Origin: Fimbriosthenelais zetlandica
Taxonomy: Eukaryota
Direction: 5' to 3'
Assembly (NCBI GenBank): GCA_977030845.1
Contig: OZ365112.1
Coordinates: forward strand, 21,018,001-21,082,000
DNA length: 64,000 nt
The position numbers were made by a program, and so were the translations under genes. How positions within the stretch are numbered: position 1 is the stretch's first letter; every line of letters starts with the position of its first letter. The notes beneath the pieces were generated by a model. The model was not told where the DNA came from and did no database searches. It was given only the letters and a program-made list of their open reading frames with translations. Below, one piece after another: positions 57,156-64,000 of this stretch.

Positions 57156-60100
57156 TAAGTTCCATTTTATATTTTGGTTCATCAGCATTATCTGTGAATA
57201 TGATATGATTATTTGCGTAAAACTTTCAGTTTTGTGATCACTTCAATTGCAGTGATCCATTGAGGGTGGGACAATCCGCCCCAGTTGCTCGCACTTTGGC
57301 AGACTATGTTTTAACATGGTGAGTGACCATGCAGTGGAGGTGGTATATATCCCACATTACCCTCTCCTTCGCACTTGACCTACAGTGACCCCTTTAGGAC
57401 GTGATATATACATACCTCATGTCTGGCTTAACCCCTCTTAACACGCCAAGAACCCATGTACTGTGTAAACCTTCCAGTGGCGCGACTGTCAATGAAAGCG
57501 ACCAAAGCCACGATTTTGAAAGCCACGACTCTGATCGTAGAAAGATGGGTTTTCTTTGAGTGCTACATGGTTACCCATGCAGCAGAAATCGAGGGAGAGT
57601 CGATCCTCAATGCTTTAATTCTGAGTCGCTCGTTTTGATGATTTCGCACAAGACACTATGCTCAAGTAAAATTTAATGTAAGAAAACGGGTCCAATAATT
57701 CGATTCATCCACCCAGATCTCAAGATTTCTAAGTTTTGCGTCCAGTTGCTGCTAATGAAATACTTTGTTGATCTATGAAAGGCTTTTGACTCAATTGATA
57801 GGGAAAGGCTAATCAGTCTTTACAGTCCAACCAGAAGCTTAGTTCAGAAGCTATGTCATTGGGCACTCTCAATTATCAAGTAGGCCTAGGGGTAAATCTT
57901 TGGTGTACCTCAGGGTAGTGTTCTTGGCCAAGTCCTGTCCAACCTCATGTTGGCAAATGATAGTGTTATTGGCGGAATATATAGCCTTGGAAAACCAGGA
58001 TCTCGAATGTAAGTCCCGATCTACACTATATTCATGGTGGGCGTGGGCTAAGTTTTATCAGTCAGGCCAGATAGAAGTACTGCGGTGAATTCTGCACCTA
58101 CACAATGATATGCCTGATCTTTTTGAGAAGCCCAATGTAATGTAATGCCATGGCAATATTGTCAGAGCTGCCTCATTTACATAAATAATGAGACTGACCA
58201 AAATTATGAATCTCTTCTAGTATATAGTTTGGTGGCATCACATTACCCATAAGTAATGTCAATGAGAAGCATTTTTCTCACATCCAAAACTCATTTAAAG
58301 TTGTGTTTCCACACATGACCATGCATGGAGCAGCACCCAACATAGCGTTGGTTTAGACGAGGCGCCCGCTTCAGTACGTCGTGCAAATGCCATTGGAGAC
58401 ATCGGGAGCGGTGCCAATTTCAAGCCCCTTCCACAGCTAGTAATCATTCAATGGAACAAACAGCCATAGAGCGGAATTATTTCAGCTTGCTGCTCCAGCA
58501 TACGCCATGGCGGAATGGAGAGAACGAGGAGAGAAATGCCCCATAATATCAGCCCCGACCCTCTAACCACTAATTCCTCTTTGATGTGGATGGAGGTTGC
58601 AAGGTGCATATGCTTCCCAATTGACGGGCTAAACACGGCCCAAATTGATAGCTAACATTTTGGTGCTTTATTTACTTATTAAGGTGATTACAACAATTGG
58701 GGGGACGCGCCCGTCACAGTGCATTTTGTCGGATCGTGCCTAAATGATAGCCTGGGGCTTTCCGATCCAAAATGTCACATTATTCGCCTTCGGTCCACAC
58801 CCAATTTAATATTTTTCCTTGCTCGGATTTAGAGGGGCTTGGCTGGTTTGAAAATCCCGATGCGGGACATTTTAGTTCGGCGAGAAAAGTCGAGCCGCTT
58901 TAACATTCCACGCTGGCTGACAATGCTATATATTACCACCAGGAGAGTCGCTATTTTAATGTACTTAAAATGTATTACTCCCATTGACATTTACATCCTA
59001 CTCTCCACTCATCAGCTATTTCAGGCAATTTCGCCAGCGCACAACCCAACAACGTTCCCTATAACACTCTGAAATATATTTCAAATATTTACTTCAATTA
59101 TTCCAACAGCTTTTATAACCGCATGTCTCTGCTTATAGACGTTGCATTCATACATCAAAATAGATAAGAATGAGAAGAAAGCGAGGGTTTTTTTCTGCCA
59201 GCTCAGGAATGGCCATATTTTCTCAATAACCTGAACTATATAGGGGTATAGCACATTCCCTTAGGTGGGAATCCTGCTGCTGTATGATCTTTGGCTGCAT
59301 GACTTCGTACCTAACTTGGCACTATCCTAAAGTTTCCATGAAAGTACAGAGCTCCCCTACACCTTTGATCCTGTGCAAGAAATCACCAGGGGATGCGTAC
59401 CTGAGGCATGAGGAGGGGCTCTATGTCGGACAGAACCTTGGGAAAGGTGCAAGAGATTAACACCCTTTAAACTTATTCTTTGGTAAATCACTTGTGGGAC
59501 CAAAATTCCTGAAGACTTTATGCAGCTTATCAGCTATGGGCTATATGCTTTGTTTCATCTTCATTGAATTCCCCTTCAAAAGTCAATCTACAATAAATTA
59601 TTGCCCATGGGCCGAATGATACCAACATCCCTAGACATGTAATAAACTTATGTATATATGTATTCTGTACTATCTGAGAGCCCAATAAACTGAGCGTAGG
59701 GGAATACCTAAATAAAGGCAAGTAGCTAATAATAAAGTCTGACATATATCTAATGTAGACATAGCTTTGACATGTTTGCAAGTGATGGAATGGAGGGCCT
59801 GGATGTTGGATTTTGTGGATTGGGGTGGAAGGAGGGAGGGTTTGGAGGGAGGAGGGTGGAAGTATTGGCCTCTAGCCGTCGCCGGCAGCCATAATGCACC
59901 TAGTCACACCGCCGCTATTTTACGCTACATTGCGCACTTCGACATCTACTCGGCAGGAGACGCGGCCAATAGTCAGCCAATAGTCAGGTCTGCCTGCCAT
60001 GACGTCACAAACAGCACTGCCATGGCTCATATCCCCTCACTGCCAGTTACTCCCCGCCCTCCCCCTCCATACACCCCCTGCCTTTCCTCCCCTAACCCCC

Positions 60101-63100
60101 CTTCCTTTCCACCGCCACCTATCAAGCCATAATAAACGCAGGTGGATGGAAAATAGTAGGGGATCATTTCCAATCATCTGTTTTACATCTCATTCCATTA
60201 ACTGAGACTGTTGGTTTTGGCGCCAATTTTCTGGTCTTGCCCAGCCTCAGAACCTGATAGAAATCAAGAGTAGCATTGTCACAGTTTGCTCCTTTTCCTT
60301 CTCCGGAAATAGTGTTCCCCTTTGACATGCGTACATGTCCTCCTTATACCAGTTAGGGGGCTGTTTTTGAAGTCAAGGACGCTGGCGTCGGTGGCAGCGT
60401 CTCAAATCTAACAGCGACAAAAGTCTCACATGACGAGTTCATAGCAGCATTACGTTTCTTAACGGTGGAAGAGCAACTCGCACTTGTTTCGATCAAAAAA
60501 CCACAAGCGGCACAGACGAAAACGTATCAAACACATACATGTACAAAGGACTCTATCCTGTATTTCCCAATATTCAAAACGACACCTGAAATCCTCTGAG
60601 TCAGCCAGACCCCTTTCTCCTCACCGAACAATAGAACGTGAATTGGCATCGACGAATCCAGGGCGTTTGGGTGGTTTCAAGCAATGGACATTGCAAGGAC
60701 ATCACATGTCCTGCATGCATATGGTTTTCTCGGATAAAAGGTAAGTGTGACCCCATTCGTTTATAACGTTAGCATGAGTTAGCATTGATAATGATATTTT
60801 TTTTGCAATATATACCAACTTTTCGGTTGGCAAGGTTAAATTCGACATGGAGGGAGCTGTTCAGGATGGGTATTTTGTGCTAGGCTGTAGGAGTGTCCAG
60901 AGTGACCTTATTTAATCTCTTGATCCAGGACTTTCCTTCAGCACTCAGCAATCCTCTCCTGATTTAACCAGTATTGACACGGACTTTACACTCCCAGTAA
61001 TTGATACTCCATTAGGAGTTGTCCAAACCCTGACTTTCAACCAGAAACTATGCTATATTTCCATGTCATTATATATGCAGGTCAACAGGTGAAATCATTT
61101 GGTTTTCAATTTACGTATATGTATACAGGACATTAAAGCAGTGCACTGAAAGCCAGGATATACTGAGTATATTTCTCTGATTTCTCTGGGTCCCAGATGT
61201 GTCATCATTTCATGGTGTTGTAGATCCGTCAGAGGATTATGGCCCATACACACACCTCTTCTATAACCTCTTATGTCTTTGATCATATATAATGAGATCC
61301 AGCACATGAGGTAGGGACAGGAGCAATGCGCTTCTTTGATCTAAAAGGCCAGAAGAGCCTTATATAAATAAATTAAAATTCAACTGATCATATTCCGGCA
61401 TTTCAATTATACCAGCGCACAAGTACGCGAATATGTACCAAAAGTATGACAACCACGAATAATATAATCCCAACGATAATATTTGACACATCTTGTGTCC
61501 CAATTTAATGGCCATTATTGGGAAAATAACGCGGCAAAAAAAATGTTTATGCCGCAATTTGCCCTAAATTTAATTTGACTAAAACCACTGCCAGTGATGA
61601 CACAGTGATGACCATTGGTGAATCTGCCAGGAAGCCTGGTCTTAGATAGCACCAGTTGACCCCAGCAAGAATCAATAGGCTGGTCTAGACAATAGAGGGG
61701 ACTCAGCGAGTCTCAGCGAGGGAGCTGCTCATCTGAGAGCTACTAGAGCACCTCGCCTTTGGAAGGAGGGCCTCCAGGTGCAAATCAATATGTAATATAT
61801 AAAGCATGGTACAGTGTTGGCTCTAGATGCTGCACTAGATACTCATGATGTACAGATCTGTATACATATGTAATGTCACCATACACTCCATTCCTCCTAT
61901 TACAGCAGTTATATTTACATAGGTCACATTAAATATTACCAATGAGTAAAACAAATGAGCCATACATCCATAAAGATGTACTATGAATCTCAGAGAACAT
62001 AATAGTGACAATGTCAGTGTAAAAGTGTAAAAAAAAACCCCAGAAAGGGTTGGATTTCAATGTTAACATCTGATGCGCACGGTGGTTGGGTGGCAGTAAT
62101 GAACAGTAAATGGGTGTAAAATGCACGTGTACATTGGTATGAAGATGGAAGGCATGAAGGCTGTAAACTGACCGATTATGAGATATGTCAGGTATGCTTC
62201 CCACCTTTAACTGACCTCCTGGAGGTCAGAGGCAAGTCTGCGTCTCAGATTAGAGGGTCAGTCCAGGCGCGAAATTCACTTCAACACGCCACCCCTTTTA
62301 CATATGAGTGCCTCAGTAGTTACTAGTCTCTTAACCAAAAGCTAGTAACTGAGGGACCCCTTTATGAAAGTAAAACATGAGATTTTCAGATGAAGATCTG
62401 TTCCATGTCTACCATATACCACAAAAAGGAATTATAATTCTATGTAACATGAGAATAATTAAGCCTAATTTTCTGAACAATTTTGAGGGTTACAATACTT
62501 ATATTTAAAAAACCAATGTCAATTAATTAATATTATGTATAGTCTATGCCCTTAAACGAATGTCATTGGGCATATAATAGATCACAGGTTGTAAATTTTT
62601 CAAGAGTCGATGTTTTATTCCCAAACGTGTGTACGTAGAGTGTGATCCGATACACACAACATACGCACACACCAAGATAAACATTCCCTCTCTTTCACTC
62701 TCCCAACAACTTCCATCCATGGACTAAGTGAAAACTACCGACTTGAAGAATTAGTCCCGGTTTTCCGGTCAATGAATACCTGGGCGCCCCTCACGTGTGA
62801 GGCTACCGCGGCTTCCGCCCGATTACCGATGACCGGCACTGAGGCCGCCAGAGAAAGTAGTCCGTCCGACCCCGACTTTTCGGGTGCAACAGGCGGTCTG
62901 TTGGGACCTATATGTTGGGAGTGAGGGTGTCCTTTCTAGCCTTTGTGATATTGTGGGGCCTGAGGCAGCAATTTCATTCCCTGTTCGACAGATGTCTACG
63001 TGTAATGACCAGCATATTAATGTATAGTTATCGTTCATGCCACTTGATGGTGCACTGATACTTATGTACCATTAACCAGTAGGACATTAAATCGACATAG

Positions 63101-64000
63101 AAATGAGTGTGTTTCCCATACAAAAGAGACCAGTAAGGTCCCTATCCAAAACCATTACTTGCTTATCATAAATACTGGCATATACCCATGCGTCCTTATT
63201 TGCAATTTTCATGAAAAAACATGACCAAGAGTGAAATAATTGGTCGGCCATAATTACGCCGACAAATGAATAAATAAGACCCCCAAAGAATCCCGGGCAA
63301 AGAATGTATTCTGCCCTTATGTCTCTGGTCTTGTTATAGAAAATCTAGCGCATTTGTTGTACACATTTGTTTTCGCTTCAAGGCAAAACTGCATTAGTAT
63401 AATAAGAAGTATATACTGGCGAAATTCTACATTGTACTCAACGTGCGTGACTCTCGTCTCAGTGGATGATATTTGATGTTATATAAACGAAGCATTGCAG
63501 GGCATGGATTAGAAAGACCAATATTTTTTCTTGCGAACAAAGGCCAGATTACCTCATAAGTTCCTCCTGTCTAAGCCAGGCGAGTCCTCCTGTCTAGTGA
63601 AGCACGCACACAGCTTGGTCCAGGTCGCCATCTTGTCGGTGACATGCGTGATATTAACCCAGGAAGTCTTTACCACAAAGTCCTATCAATGTACACCATA
63701 CCTGCCAACATAAATCACATATAATTGATTAGATAATATATCCTGACGTACCGTACACAAATTGTTTGGATGGAAAAAGTACATTCAAGGGAAAAAGAAT
63801 GAATGAAAGAAAGGGAAACGAATAGACGTGGGAATAGAGGGAAGAATGTAGCCAGTAAAAGTTATATATAAACAAGGGTTCATAAACAAGGTATCATGTC
63901 GTGACGACCTATCGCCTTGATTATCTAATAAATGGTGATGGCCATCATTGATTACCGGTAACTAAATATTGGACAAATTGGCTTAAATTAAGTTTATTGC

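Overview
Eukaryotic (invertebrate animal, plausibly lophotrochozoan; inferred, not proven) genomic window with spliced genes. It has five supportable protein-coding loci. (1) The 5' part of a cytoplasmic dynein-1 intermediate chain gene on the - strand (ATG 6712, running off the left edge), with two candidate cassette exons. (2) A two-exon gene for an unrecognised secreted prepro-protein with a signal peptide, acidic pro-region, furin site RSKR and a Gly/His-rich mature domain (11344-15149 +). (3) A coiled-coil + NHL beta-propeller (TRIM-NHL-like) gene with no RING or B-box, carrying six perfect R-x-x-S/T-P-x-x heptads at its N-terminus (17032-19059 +). (4) A complete 8-exon KANSL1/NSL1 gene (22092-28505 +, 1327 aa) with a large insertion inside its PEHE domain. 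(5) A complete 4-exon Nedx/lms-family NKL homeobox gene (40234-32250 -). Upstream of the homeobox gene lie about 24 kb with no convincing coding sequence, rich in CpG, homeodomain-type sites, CRE/CCAAT, nuclear-receptor half-site pairs and CTCF-like motifs, probably its cis-regulatory landscape. Also present: a 5'-truncated tRNA-derived SINE, a decayed RTE-clade LINE relic in a homeobox intron, microsatellite and short tandem repeats, and two dense clusters of the palindrome TAGGCCTA next to the two housekeeping promoters. All gene models were built by hand from GT-AG signals and phase continuity; no database searches were run.
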